Shown here one piece after another: positions 17,360 through 27,154 of a DNA stretch of 64,000 nucleotides. The first letter of the stretch is position 1; each line of letters opens with the position of its first letter. The DNA comes from a virus. Position numbers and translations under genes: made by a program. Under the pieces are notes generated by a model. The model did not search any database. It worked only from the letters and a program-made list of their open reading frames with translations, and was not told the DNA's origin. The stretch lies in the IMG/VR virus record IMGVR_UViG_3300029258_005088; one strand, 5' to 3'.

Positions 17360-17629
17360 TCATGCTCCTGCGAAGGCGATTACCGCCGGCCCTCTCAAAT
17401 CGACTAGCCTCTCGTCGTCGACCTTCTCCAAGTCTCCGCTTCGCAGAAACGCACGAAAGAGATCGGCGGTGAGCTCGTCGTAGCCCAGAGACTCCATCTT
17501 GTCTGCTATCTCCGGGCTGACCGCTCTGACTTTTACTATATCAGGGTGCTTGCCCGTTGCCAACAGGTTATGAGCGATCAGGGCCGGAAGAACCAACCCG
17601 AGCTCTTGTTTCACTTCTATCTTGTCCAT
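17360..17629 (-). CDS. Hypothetical protein (89 aa)
   Basis: SD AAGGA; fills the gap between neighbours exactly. Confidence 0.75.
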   Translation of the reverse strand: MDKIEVKQELGLVLPALIAHNLLATGKHPDIVKVRAVSPEIADKMESLGYDELTADLFRAFLRSGDLEKVDDERLVDLRGPAVIAFAGA

Positions 17630-17637
17630 GGATATCC

Positions 17638-18342
17638 TTATACTTTGTCACAACCGCAGCATACGTAGAAATCCAGGAATGCCGTTCCGGTCAGTATGTC
17701 GCACGTAGATAGTATGTCATAGAAATCACAGTATTGCCCGTTTCCTAGGCAAAACGCCGCCAATTCATCCAAGGTATAGAACCATAGCACCACGTCCCTT
17801 CCCGTGAACGGCGACGGAGGGCAGAACGAAGGATCGAACGGAGTGCCTGTCTTGATCTCCGTTATCCTGACTCCGCAGCATCCCGGACAACCTATCGACG
17901 GGCACTCATTGGATGAGTCGCACGGGAGGGCCGACACGGACGACTCACCGGGCGCGAACGGCGAGCCTTCTTCCTCGCTGATGCGGGACTGTTCTTCGGA
18001 GCTGGAGACGAACTCAGCGGCGGAGAATTCCGAGGGTATTTCCGAGGACGACTCAGATTCCAGGGAGCTGACCGAAGCCGATGGGCTGCTACTACTCGAT
18101 GGCGCAATTGATTCACTTGAACTCCTGAATTTAGGTGTTGGTCCTATTGTTCTCGACAAGCTGGAGGAACTGGCCTGGGGAAATTCCTCCGAGCTGAACT
18201 CCGATTCCTCCGAACTGATCGCAGATGACGAGCTAGGGATCGGACATACCAATATACCCGAACTATCGCAACGAAGCACGCCATAGCCGAGATCGTTCTT
18301 GGCCAGAGTGCATCTCACGCTTTCCAAAGTGTGTATGGCCAC
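17638..18342 (-). CDS. Ser/Glu-tract plus Cys-rich small virion protein
   Basis: 234 aa; central SSEE tract; C-terminus C...C...CPGCC...YVCCGC. SD GGAGG. Confidence 0.8.
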   Translation of the reverse strand: MAIHTLESVRCTLAKNDLGYGVLRCDSSGILVCPIPSSSSAISSEESEFSSEEFPQASSSSLSRTIGPTPKFRSSSESIAPSSSSSPSASVSSLESESSSEIPSEFSAAEFVSSSEEQSRISEEEGSPFAPGESSVSALPCDSSNECPSIGCPGCCGVRITEIKTGTPFDPSFCPPSPFTGRDVVLWFYTLDELAAFCLGNGQYCDFYDILSTCDILTGTAFLDFYVCCGCDKV

Positions 18343-18351
18343 GGTGCCTCC

Positions 18352-19773
18352 CTAGTCGCAACAGAATGCGTATGCCGCTTTGTATGCGTTCTCGTCGGCT
18401 TCCCAGTAGGCATAGCACGGGTAATAATCGGGCTCGCATCCTGCCGGGGTGGCTGCCACGGCGGCCTGGAGCGCGGACATCGCCGCCTCTGCCTCCGTCG
18501 TTCCCGTTCCCGTAGCCTCGTACTTGGTCTCTCCCGCCACGCATAGATAGCTTTCCGAAGGACATACGGGGTTACATGCCTCCTCGGTCTTTCCTATTAT
18601 GGTGGCGGCTTCCTCGCATTTCTGCTCGCACAGCTCGCCTATGGGATCGAAATTGTCGAATATGACGCGTTCCTGGTAGTCCTCGTTGACGGGGAGTTCC
18701 TCCGGAGCTATCGGAGGTAGGTTGGCGGGTCGGAACTGCGAGAGACTATCGCTACGAGGAGGCAGCGTATTCCACTGCAGGCCGGCGAACACGCCGTCGT
18801 GTATTACGTCATTGGCGTAGTACACGTACAGAAGACCGTCGTCATGGCACTGGAGATCGACTACCCTGGGTATGATCGCCAGAGGCTCTTGTTTCTCCGA
18901 TCCGTCTCCGTAGGGATCCCTGGGCTCCCTCGTGATGAGAGAGTAGTCGGCGTCGAAGTTCGAGGTAACGGAATTCGGTCCGGGCCATCGGGGAAAGTGC
19001 AGGTTACGCAGGACCCACTCCGGATTGTCCTCTTCGGAGCAGTCGTCCTTCATGCAACATTCCTTGGGAAAGCCCGCGACTAGCTGGAAGGATTCGTCTG
19101 TATCGTCCGCCCTGTAGATCCTGTCCAGATCGGACTTCCTCTTCTTACGGGACAGCTGTAGCTCTCCGTCGATTATCTCCGCGAATATGTGATCGGGCTC
19201 CGAGCTCGCATTCGGACAGCATTCCCCGGGTATGAACGGACCATCGAGGTTTTTTTCACGAACGCGGATAGTGGACGTCGCTACGTTGGGGAACGCGAAA
19301 TAAGGCAAAGGGCTTATGCTGGGGAATCTGGGCTTGCCTATGGAGATGGTGGGCCTGTCCACTCCTTCTCCCGGACAATAGCAGCGTGCCTCAAGGACGT
19401 CCTCCTGAAGACCGCTCGCGGACTCGAGCATGGTCCATAGATCGGGATACTCCAGTATGGGCTGAGGGGTCGGGCACGTAGGATCGGACGACGGGTACGG
19501 AAACTGGATCTCCTCGAAACGGCTGTCGTAGCCGTAGGTGTCTATGTCCACGTCACCGCCGAAGAAAGTTGGAAGCGCTCCGTAGTTGTTGTCGCTGACC
19601 GGGAAGGAGCTGCACCCTACGCCGGTTATCACGCCGACGGGACCCGTTCCGATACAGACCGCGCATTCCGCCTCGGACTCGGAAGAGGAAGTCTCCTCCG
19701 GGAAGCATCCCGCGAGATCTCTGTATACGGCCCCTTCGCCGGGCTCTACGTAAGATGTGTATATTCGTTTCAT
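18352..19773 (-). CDS. Cys-rich baseplate/fibre-associated protein
   Basis: 473 aa; many Cys pairs; C-terminal GTGTTEAEA...FCCD module shared with 12082-13509. Confidence 0.8.
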   Translation of the reverse strand: MKRIYTSYVEPGEGAVYRDLAGCFPEETSSSESEAECAVCIGTGPVGVITGVGCSSFPVSDNNYGALPTFFGGDVDIDTYGYDSRFEEIQFPYPSSDPTCPTPQPILEYPDLWTMLESASGLQEDVLEARCYCPGEGVDRPTISIGKPRFPSISPLPYFAFPNVATSTIRVREKNLDGPFIPGECCPNASSEPDHIFAEIIDGELQLSRKKRKSDLDRIYRADDTDESFQLVAGFPKECCMKDDCSEEDNPEWVLRNLHFPRWPGPNSVTSNFDADYSLITREPRDPYGDGSEKQEPLAIIPRVVDLQCHDDGLLYVYYANDVIHDGVFAGLQWNTLPPRSDSLSQFRPANLPPIAPEELPVNEDYQERVIFDNFDPIGELCEQKCEEAATIIGKTEEACNPVCPSESYLCVAGETKYEATGTGTTEAEAAMSALQAAVAATPAGCEPDYYPCYAYWEADENAYKAAYAFCCD

Positions 19774-20576
19774 TGGTTTCTTATGAGTATTTCCAGCTTA
19801 CCTTCCGAGCGTTGCAGACCGATGGCGCCGACGACTCTTACAGGTATGTTTCCGCTATCGGGCACTATGCCGTTCACCACCGTTACCACGTCCTCCAGCT
19901 CCACCTCGGCGGCTGAGGATGACTGGCACTCCGGTCCCGTATTGCCGGCATCGGGTATGATTCCCTTTCCCAGACCGGTACCGCCCGTGATCTCCAGGGA
20001 ACTGTCGTAGGCAACCTCCGTATTGTAGCCGTCGACGATGTTCAGCGACATACTGGCGGGATCCAATGACATGACCTCTATGGATGAGCTTGAGTCTTCC
20101 ACTCCGTTGCACCGCCATATATTGAAGAAGCTTATCGAATCTACCTGCTCCGTATAGAACTGAGATCGTCCCGGCTCCACCCATAGACATATGTCGGCGG
20201 TGGCCTGCATGATGAAATCGGAGTTGTATACTAGAACGGCTCTGCAGTCCGATCCATCGTCGTTGGTTACCTGGCCCAGCTCTCCTCCGGTGTTCGGCAC
20301 GGAAAAGGTAATATCCCAGAATCGGATATCGTAGTTTGCCCGGAAGGTGTACTTGGTGACGGATCCCATCTGTTCGTAACGGATCAAGGCTATTTTCTGA
20401 TACAGCTCGATCTGCTCCTCTTCCGATGAAGACGACGAACCTCCTTCCCATACGGAAGTGGGATCCCCCTGTATGACGAAGTAAACGTCCAGAACGCCCT
20501 TTGCCACGTCTCGGAGACTCTCCGGTACAGGGTGGAAGGGATAATCGTTCTGTGCTGATACGTGCCTGGTCGTCAT
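19770..20576 (-). CDS. Baseplate-peripheral paralog family member ('N..YP[FL]...V.[TS][IV]NG' family), 268 aa
   Basis: Start corrected to MTTRHVSAQNDYPF (ATGA overlap at 20573-20576); VVTVVNGIVPDSGNI. Confidence 0.75.
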   Translation of the reverse strand: MTTRHVSAQNDYPFHPVPESLRDVAKGVLDVYFVIQGDPTSVWEGGSSSSSEEEQIELYQKIALIRYEQMGSVTKYTFRANYDIRFWDITFSVPNTGGELGQVTNDDGSDCRAVLVYNSDFIMQATADICLWVEPGRSQFYTEQVDSISFFNIWRCNGVEDSSSSIEVMSLDPASMSLNIVDGYNTEVAYDSSLEITGGTGLGKGIIPDAGNTGPECQSSSAAEVELEDVVTVVNGIVPDSGNIPVRVVGAIGLQRSEGKLEILIRNQ

Positions 20577-21277
20577 GTCAGATCCTTTGCCTGGGCGAAC
20601 GTCAATTGACCGTTCTCGTTCGATATTCTGAGATTTGCTCGAGGATGGTTGGCAAGCCATATCGACGTATTCCTGACGCCGTTTATGCTGACCACGGGCT
20701 GTCTGCTGTCGAGCGCCTCGTTACCGGCCACTATGTCCAGACGAAGGCTGCCGTCGCCTTCCTGCACGAACCGGCAACCACGCCTTGCCACTATCTTGAC
20801 GTCGCCGCTTACGAGAGAATCGGCTCCGACCGCTCTCAGGTGCGTGGCACGGCTCACGTGACAACAGTCAAGAAGGAACTGGGCTACGTCCGATAACAGA
20901 GGAACGACCTTTCCCGACACCCTTCCTATGAATCTCTTGAGACCGTCTGGATCGAAGACTATAGCTCCTACCGGAAGACCTCTGTGAAAGACCTGAACGG
21001 CTTCGGACTCGGTGTCCGCAATGCATTCTCCGACGTTGTTGCCGTCGGAATCGTAGATGATGAACTTAACCTGATCCAGAGCCTCCGCCGTTCCGTCGAC
21101 GACTCCTACGTACAGGGGAAGCTCGGCATCCACCTTTACGTAGAACACCGCGTCCACGAACAGATCGGTTCCGATGAACAACTCCTCGGTCTCCAGCTCG
21201 GACTGCTCGTCGAACGGATACGCGTACTTGAGGACCTCGTCTCTGAACTTCTCGTTTCTTACCACGTACGATGGCAT
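20573..21277 (-). CDS. Baseplate-peripheral paralog family member
   Basis: RNEKFRDEVLKYAYPF ... VVSINGV. Confidence 0.8.
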   Translation of the reverse strand: MPSYVVRNEKFRDEVLKYAYPFDEQSELETEELFIGTDLFVDAVFYVKVDAELPLYVGVVDGTAEALDQVKFIIYDSDGNNVGECIADTESEAVQVFHRGLPVGAIVFDPDGLKRFIGRVSGKVVPLLSDVAQFLLDCCHVSRATHLRAVGADSLVSGDVKIVARRGCRFVQEGDGSLRLDIVAGNEALDSRQPVVSINGVRNTSIWLANHPRANLRISNENGQLTFAQAKDLT

Positions 21278-21278
21278 A

Positions 21279-22181
21279 TCATGACTCCAGTATGGTGTAA
21301 AGCGTTCCTATGGCACCGCCTGTTTCCGGATCTACTATATCCACGCCGCGTATGTTCGTACAGCCGTCGTACGGATCATCGTCTTCGGGATCCTCGGCCT
21401 CCGATCCGGATGGTCCGCACGGATCGTCGGGATCATAGGTCCTGGGAGTGAAATTGTCCAGAGGCAGTTCTTCGGTAACCCCTTCTCCGATATCCCCTCT
21501 TGGGATATCCAGACTGCGAGTGTCTCCGCAGCCCTCTGCACAGCCCAGTACGACTACGTCTATGTTTCCGTTCTCGTCCGGTGACGTATTCTCCAAGGTA
21601 TACAGAACCTGCCTGGTGGTGTCGGAGTTTATGTCCTTCTCCACTCCCAGGCTTATGAGGTCGTCGGTGCTCAGCTCGTCGTCGTTCCTGTCTACGTATA
21701 TGACGCCGTCCTCGACGGAAACGGTAAGGAAGATGGATGCGGACGCTATCTCGAGTATGTTGCGGACTTCTCGAGGGAATCCGTTTATGGCCAGAGACAG
21801 GGGGGACGCGGTCCTTACCAGAGGGAGTATGGTCTCCGGATCGAGGGCCACCACTTCATCGGAATAGAACGGGTTACCTGTCACAGAGTCCGGACCGAAC
21901 ACGACCCAGCCATAACCGTCGACGTCCATGGTCAGGGGATATACCCTTGCCGAGACGGGGTTCGTGATGATGGCGGAAGCTATTGGAGCCCGCGTCGTTT
22001 CGTCCTCTATGGATATGAACGCGAACGAAGGGCCCACCCTGAACGCGCCGACGACGGGCTGTAACGCATCCTCCACCGTGATAGACAGATCGAGAAGGGC
22101 CCCATTCGGTATGGAAGCCTCGTGAAAGTCACTAAGCGGGTATTTTATGTCTGCGTTGTTGGCGTATAGCAATGGTATCAT
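21279..22181 (-). CDS. Baseplate-peripheral paralog family member
   Basis: YANNADIKYPL ... LYTLENTSPDENGNIDV ... acidic, Cys-containing tail. Confidence 0.8.
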   Translation of the reverse strand: MIPLLYANNADIKYPLSDFHEASIPNGALLDLSITVEDALQPVVGAFRVGPSFAFISIEDETTRAPIASAIITNPVSARVYPLTMDVDGYGWVVFGPDSVTGNPFYSDEVVALDPETILPLVRTASPLSLAINGFPREVRNILEIASASIFLTVSVEDGVIYVDRNDDELSTDDLISLGVEKDINSDTTRQVLYTLENTSPDENGNIDVVVLGCAEGCGDTRSLDIPRGDIGEGVTEELPLDNFTPRTYDPDDPCGPSGSEAEDPEDDDPYDGCTNIRGVDIVDPETGGAIGTLYTILES

Positions 22182-23365
22182 GACGACGGCTCCGGATCTG
22201 GTGGTCTGAAGTATACCAGAGTACTTCTCCGAACCGGGTTGTCGCTTCCCGACGGACCCAGATGAGTATGGGATACGTCAAGATCCACCTGCACTTGAAA
22301 GCTGTATGCCGGATCGTTGCTCTCGAGAGTTCCGAGCAGAACCAACGCCACGTCGGAGAAGAACTCCTTGCTGGGTCCTAGAAGCTCTCCGGTAACCGTC
22401 TGGACCACGACCTGATTGGTTCCGACGAAAGTCACGCCGCTGGGCCCCAAAGCGGAGGAGCATCTGTTCTCGCGATCGAGTATCTCGACGTCCGTTATCG
22501 ACGCGGATATTCCGTCCCATGCCGTTACGTTTCCGAGAGAGTCCACCTTCTGGAAGGTGAACGTGAAAGTCATCTCTATGCCGTTGGGGAGGAGTCCTAT
22601 GTCTCTGTCGGATATGTTCCTGTAATAGCCTGCCGCCACGATGCTCTGACCGAAGCTCTGGGCATTGAGCTTGACCATACTCCTGCTTAGGATGTTGTCC
22701 CAGTACCTTCTCGACGACATGACCTGCTGATGCACCCCTACGAACGTATCCCGAACGCCTCCGTCCGGATGCTCCGGAGGAGACTGCGTGTCGTTGGCGT
22801 AGGTAAGCGCGAAGACGTAGTCGTAGAACAGCTTTATCCGCTCGAGGTAGTCCTGCAGGCGGAAGAACGTCAGGCAGTCCAAGCAGGGTATGCACATGTT
22901 GAATAGGGACAGTCTTCCTCCCTCGTCCTCGGGATAGCCTTCGTTCACGGTGGACTCGAACTGCCCCAGGCTGTGGCATGCGTCACCCAGAACGAATATC
23001 GCACCGGATACGTCCTCGGCACCGACGCCGTTTATCTTGGTGAAGTAAAGGGTCTCGTCCGTGAACAACCAGGCGGGACGGGCCTCGTCCAGAGACTCGC
23101 CGGAGCTGGACTCGCCCGGACGCATTCCGGCGAGAGCGTTGTACTTCTCTCTGTAGTAGGGATCCTCGTTACCCGCCAGAGGATCGACCTCGAGAACTAT
23201 CTCGTCGGCATCCTCCGGTATGGAGAAGTCGAGATTGGCCCCGCCGACGAAGGCTACGCCGCCTTCCGGAATATCCTCTTCCGTGCCGTCGGCATGCTCC
23301 ACGACGAAGCTCACGAGCTTACGACATTCGACGTCTAGCTCCGCTGATGATGAACTGGCTGACAT
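22178..23365 (-). CDS. Baseplate-peripheral protein with a Cys cluster (CIPCLDC)
   Basis: 395 aa; FTKINGV; coupled to genes on both sides. Confidence 0.8.
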   Translation of the reverse strand: MSASSSSAELDVECRKLVSFVVEHADGTEEDIPEGGVAFVGGANLDFSIPEDADEIVLEVDPLAGNEDPYYREKYNALAGMRPGESSSGESLDEARPAWLFTDETLYFTKINGVGAEDVSGAIFVLGDACHSLGQFESTVNEGYPEDEGGRLSLFNMCIPCLDCLTFFRLQDYLERIKLFYDYVFALTYANDTQSPPEHPDGGVRDTFVGVHQQVMSSRRYWDNILSRSMVKLNAQSFGQSIVAAGYYRNISDRDIGLLPNGIEMTFTFTFQKVDSLGNVTAWDGISASITDVEILDRENRCSSALGPSGVTFVGTNQVVVQTVTGELLGPSKEFFSDVALVLLGTLESNDPAYSFQVQVDLDVSHTHLGPSGSDNPVRRSTLVYFRPPDPEPSS

Positions 23366-24342
23366 CAGACCTCCGAGCCCAGGACAAGCAGCTTGTTCTG
23401 CAACGAGTCGAGGGTGCCCGAAGTCGCGTCATAAAAGCTCTTGAGCTGTGAGTACCTTAGATTCAAATTGGCGATCGAGGTAAGTATGTTCTCTATGTTG
23501 GTGTCCTCGTCGCAGCACGGCACCGAACATGGATTGGACACTACGACGGAATGATCTCCTCCCTGGCCTATCGTGGTACAGTCCTGCGGCAGGAAGGTAA
23601 AGTTCCTGTCGGTATCCGGATCAAGGCCGTTTACCGTCTTTATGGGCCTTCCGTACTGAGCTATGAGAGCGTCGAGCACGTCGGAGTCGTTGGCCAGCTG
23701 CAGGATGTTGCCGGCATTCAGCGTGGCCGAGAACGTTATCACCGTCTCCTCCACTCCGTCGACCTCTCTGGTGTCCACGTCCATCACCAGGTTGCTTCCC
23801 TCTCTCAGACGGACGTTGCCCGTGAACAACCTGCCGTTGATCGAGATGTACTGAACGTTCAACAATCCCAGGGATACCCTGGTGCTTACGATCTTGGTGG
23901 AGTGTTCGGCGTCCGCCTGACTGAAGGACCAGCTCCCGAGGTACTGAATGGACTGGGCGGGATCGCCTATGATTATCTGGCCCGTCATATGATACAGCGG
24001 AGCATACTGGTCGTTGCTCTGAAACTCCGAAGGGATGAAGTCGTAGGTGCTCTGCAGAGGGGCTTCCGTGTTTATGTTCTTGAACGTCCCCAGAGGACGG
24101 GTGACGGCGGCGTCGTCGTACGATATCTCCACGTCTATGAAGTATCGGCGGATGAGCACGTTCGATATGTAGAACTGCGTCTTGTCCACCCATGGCAGGT
24201 TGGGTGCGCATAGGTAGATATCCGTTATCAACGACGACGGAAGGATGAACGAATTGGTGTTGTCACGCGCTCCGCTCTCGTCCGTCAGTGGGTATATCTT
24301 GTCCAGATTTTGATCCAGGAACTCTCTTAGAACTGTCGACAT
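23365..24342 (-). CDS. Baseplate-peripheral paralog family member with a C-terminal coiled coil
   Basis: EFLDQNLDKIYPL ... IKTVNGLDPDTDRNF ... NPCSVPCC + heptads. Confidence 0.8.
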   Translation of the reverse strand: MSTVLREFLDQNLDKIYPLTDESGARDNTNSFILPSSLITDIYLCAPNLPWVDKTQFYISNVLIRRYFIDVEISYDDAAVTRPLGTFKNINTEAPLQSTYDFIPSEFQSNDQYAPLYHMTGQIIIGDPAQSIQYLGSWSFSQADAEHSTKIVSTRVSLGLLNVQYISINGRLFTGNVRLREGSNLVMDVDTREVDGVEETVITFSATLNAGNILQLANDSDVLDALIAQYGRPIKTVNGLDPDTDRNFTFLPQDCTTIGQGGDHSVVVSNPCSVPCCDEDTNIENILTSIANLNLRYSQLKSFYDATSGTLDSLQNKLLVLGSEV

Positions 24343-24366
24343 GGTCTATCTGATCCTCGCGCTGGC

Positions 24367-25992
24367 CTAGGACAGATACAGCCTGATTCCTGTATTGATC
24401 ATTCTCAATGCGGGACTCGGGTTGTCTGCCTCCAAGGTGTATGATACGACTCCTCTGCTGTATGCCTCTAGATCCAGCTCCACGACGCTCTCCACGTAAT
24501 AGAAGTCCCCTGCATTGATCGTTGCCGGGAACGCCGGGAAAGTGGACGCCCCTATGGATACCGGGGTAACGCCTGCGGCGGCCGGCTCCGGGCTCTGAAC
24601 GACGTTCGATATGTCTGGAGCGGCCTGTGCCGATCCCGGGCTGAGGAACTGGGCGAATATCTTGGCTTTGTAGGCTACGTCCCCTAGATCTGGAAGGGTG
24701 ATCCTACAAGATACCGAAGACGTTCTGCCGTTCGGGAACAGAGTTATGACGTGCGGATCCTCCACGGAGGTAGCCGCATTGTTGAGATTCTGTATGGCGG
24801 CCTCGATGAGCATGTTATGGAAGGTCTGAAGCTCCACCGTCAAGTTTCCTATCAGAGATCCATCGTCGAGAGATCCCTGCGGAGAACTACCTACAAGACC
24901 TCGTCCTAGACGGAACGAGCTTACCACGGGACCCTTCTGCAGGTTCCAGTTGCTTATGCCCTTGACCACCTCGTGGGAATAGTCGACGTCGTCGTCCGTT
25001 CCGAACTCCTTGACGGATATGGTAACCACTCCGTTGAACGAAGTGATCTCGAGAGACTCCGGACTGCCGTTGGCGATCGCCGTTACCAGAGACAGACCTT
25101 TGACGTCCGCACTGACCACGTCCATGGCGATGTCGCATTCGGGCTGGGCGTTGTCGAACCACCATATGCCGTTCTCGTCCTTCTGGACGAAACGCTCGTC
25201 CACGTGTAGTCCTCCGAGGTCGCAGGGCTGCTGAGATGAACTCGTGTCGTCGTCGGCGTACAACCAACGGAAGGATGCCTCTCCCACCGTCGGCAGGAGA
25301 GCCTCCGATACGTTCTGGGCCTGTGCGTCGGGGGACGACAAGTCGTATCCGAACACGGCTCCCGAGGGAGCCTCGGAAAAGCTCGCGGCAACGAGCCAGT
25401 CTGTATGGTCCAGTCGATAATCTCTGTGGGTATGCGTTATCGGCTCGTGCTGGGGAGGATATACCTGTATGACGCCTCCGTCCAGGTACTGGAGAACTCT
25501 CACGCGCATGGCGGGCGGATCGCTCGTCACGGTACCGTCCGACAGCATGGACAGATAGTATATCCCCGGATCCGGATTGGAGGTTCCGAACAGGTTGGTC
25601 AAAGCCGTGGCGTCCAGACCCGCGAAACCGTTCACCAGAATGTCTCCGACGTAGGTCGAGGTCTTGGAAGTCACTATTCCAGAGTAGATGGCCTCCGGAG
25701 CCGGAGTGGCTTCCGTCTGACCGTCCTGCAGAGACTGCCATTTCGCCAATGCCTTGCCGTGCGTCAGGGTAGATGCGTCGAAGTATACGACCTGGCCTAC
25801 GGAGACGCCCTCGGACAGAGGAGCGTCCCTCAGCTGCAGTTGCTGGCCCGCCTCGATGGCATCGACTATGGCCTTCAACGAATCCGTTCTATCCGCAATG
25901 ACCCTGGCAGGTCTGTTGGCTACGGACTCTCTTACTGCCTCGCCGTCCTGTATGTACGGTACCGCGGCACTCCAAATTGATTCATCAGCCAT
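24367..25992 (-). CDS. Probable tail-fibre attachment / short fibre protein
   Basis: N-terminus W...V..IQDGE.V....ANRP...ADRT..LK resembles phage fibre/baseplate N-termini; sits next to the wedge genes. Confidence 0.6.
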   Translation of the reverse strand: MADESIWSAAVPYIQDGEAVRESVANRPARVIADRTDSLKAIVDAIEAGQQLQLRDAPLSEGVSVGQVVYFDASTLTHGKALAKWQSLQDGQTEATPAPEAIYSGIVTSKTSTYVGDILVNGFAGLDATALTNLFGTSNPDPGIYYLSMLSDGTVTSDPPAMRVRVLQYLDGGVIQVYPPQHEPITHTHRDYRLDHTDWLVAASFSEAPSGAVFGYDLSSPDAQAQNVSEALLPTVGEASFRWLYADDDTSSSQQPCDLGGLHVDERFVQKDENGIWWFDNAQPECDIAMDVVSADVKGLSLVTAIANGSPESLEITSFNGVVTISVKEFGTDDDVDYSHEVVKGISNWNLQKGPVVSSFRLGRGLVGSSPQGSLDDGSLIGNLTVELQTFHNMLIEAAIQNLNNAATSVEDPHVITLFPNGRTSSVSCRITLPDLGDVAYKAKIFAQFLSPGSAQAAPDISNVVQSPEPAAAGVTPVSIGASTFPAFPATINAGDFYYVESVVELDLEAYSRGVVSYTLEADNPSPALRMINTGIRLYLS

Positions 25993-26000
25993 ATGTTACC

Positions 26001-26579
26001 TCACGGTGTCTCGAAGAAGAGTCCCCAGCGAATACCTAACTGGGCTCCTGCGATCTTTTCGAAGTGGGATGGGCCGGCAAGATCGTTGAAGCTCACCGCC
26101 GCGTACAGGATGTCTTCGTTGTAATCGTCCGAGTCCAGGAAACCTATACCGGCTCCGTAGAACTGAGAAGTGCCGTCCGTAAGGATGTTTCCGGCTCCGG
26201 AAAGAACACCGGCCCCGGAGGTTATCCCGACGAAAATCGCTTTGTTGTTGTTATAAGCCGGATCCGTCACGTCGTACGACGGCCGGGAAAGGGTCGGAAC
26301 TCGGACGAAGTTGCGGGTGCCTCCTCCGTCGCTGTGATAGAACGACGCCGTTCTCTCGACGGGAGGGGTGACGTCGGTATAGGGCGTGCCGCTGTTGTCG
26401 TATGCGAAGTACATTCCGTTTATCCGCAGCTCGTTGGACAACGCCTTGGCCAGTATGTCCATACCGGAGTTCAGCACTGTGTTTCGCTTGCGGCCGATCA
26501 CCTGCTCCCTACCGCACGGGAAGCGGAGAAATACCTCGATCTCCCCTCTAGCTCCAAAAAAACGCTCATTGAATTGCAT
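26001..26579 (-). CDS. Probable baseplate wedge / fibre-collar protein
   Basis: 192 aa; NTVLNSGMDILAKAL-type N-terminus; synteny after the J/I-like genes. Confidence 0.55.
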   Translation of the reverse strand: MQFNERFFGARGEIEVFLRFPCGREQVIGRKRNTVLNSGMDILAKALSNELRINGMYFAYDNSGTPYTDVTPPVERTASFYHSDGGGTRNFVRVPTLSRPSYDVTDPAYNNNKAIFVGITSGAGVLSGAGNILTDGTSQFYGAGIGFLDSDDYNEDILYAAVSFNDLAGPSHFEKIAGAQLGIRWGLFFETP

Positions 26580-26586
26580 ATCTACC

Positions 26587-27108
26587 TCACATTACGGGTG
26601 CTACGAGAACCGTCTCTCCGACATCCACGGCACCGTCCACAGGCTCGTCGTCAGGTGCGTAGAACACCTCGACCTCTTCGCCGGAAGACGACAGAATGAA
26701 TCCGTCCTCGATCTCTCTCTTCTCAATAATCACGAAAAAGTCCGAACCAGCGGGTATCGTTCTCCTGAGAACGGAAAACAACTGGGACGCCATTCTGCTG
26801 CTCAACAGATCGTAACGGACCTTTATGAAAAACGCAGTATTCTTGAAATACTCGTCCTTTATCTCTTCGAAGGGGTTTATGCTCTCCGGCACCCTTCCGT
26901 ACTTCTCGGCCAGCATCTCGAAGAACGTAGGAGACTTGCCGAGAGCTCCATTCAGCTGGAGCATGAATCGTTCGACGTCCTCGGAGCGACCGCCGACGAA
27001 AAATACGTAGATGTCGTCGGGGATCTGCGACAGAAGAGCAAGAGCCTCTTCCTCGGTCTCGACGTAACCTATTATCTTTCCGTCATTGTCTAGAACTCGA
27101 AAACCCAT
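26587..27108 (-). CDS. Baseplate wedge protein, gpI/gp7-like C-terminal part
   Basis: 173 aa; strong SD AAGGAG; INP...LRRTIPAG motif. Confidence 0.55.
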   Translation of the reverse strand: MGFRVLDNDGKIIGYVETEEEALALLSQIPDDIYVFFVGGRSEDVERFMLQLNGALGKSPTFFEMLAEKYGRVPESINPFEEIKDEYFKNTAFFIKVRYDLLSSRMASQLFSVLRRTIPAGSDFFVIIEKREIEDGFILSSSGEEVEVFYAPDDEPVDGAVDVGETVLVAPVM

Positions 27109-27154
27109 TGACTCTCCTTTGTTGCTCTACTGTAGCCAATACACGCGTCGTTTT

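Noticed and set aside
1-26000. Eukaryotic or eukaryotic-virus origin suggested by collagen, Cys and Ser-rich proteins
   Set aside because: SD sites, translational coupling, a sigma70-family gene, a rho-independent terminator and myophage gene order all indicate a bacteriophage.
27109-27154. Possible promoter (TACAGT -10) in the wedge gap
   Set aside because: No TTG-type -35 at 17 bp and no extended -10; too weak to call.
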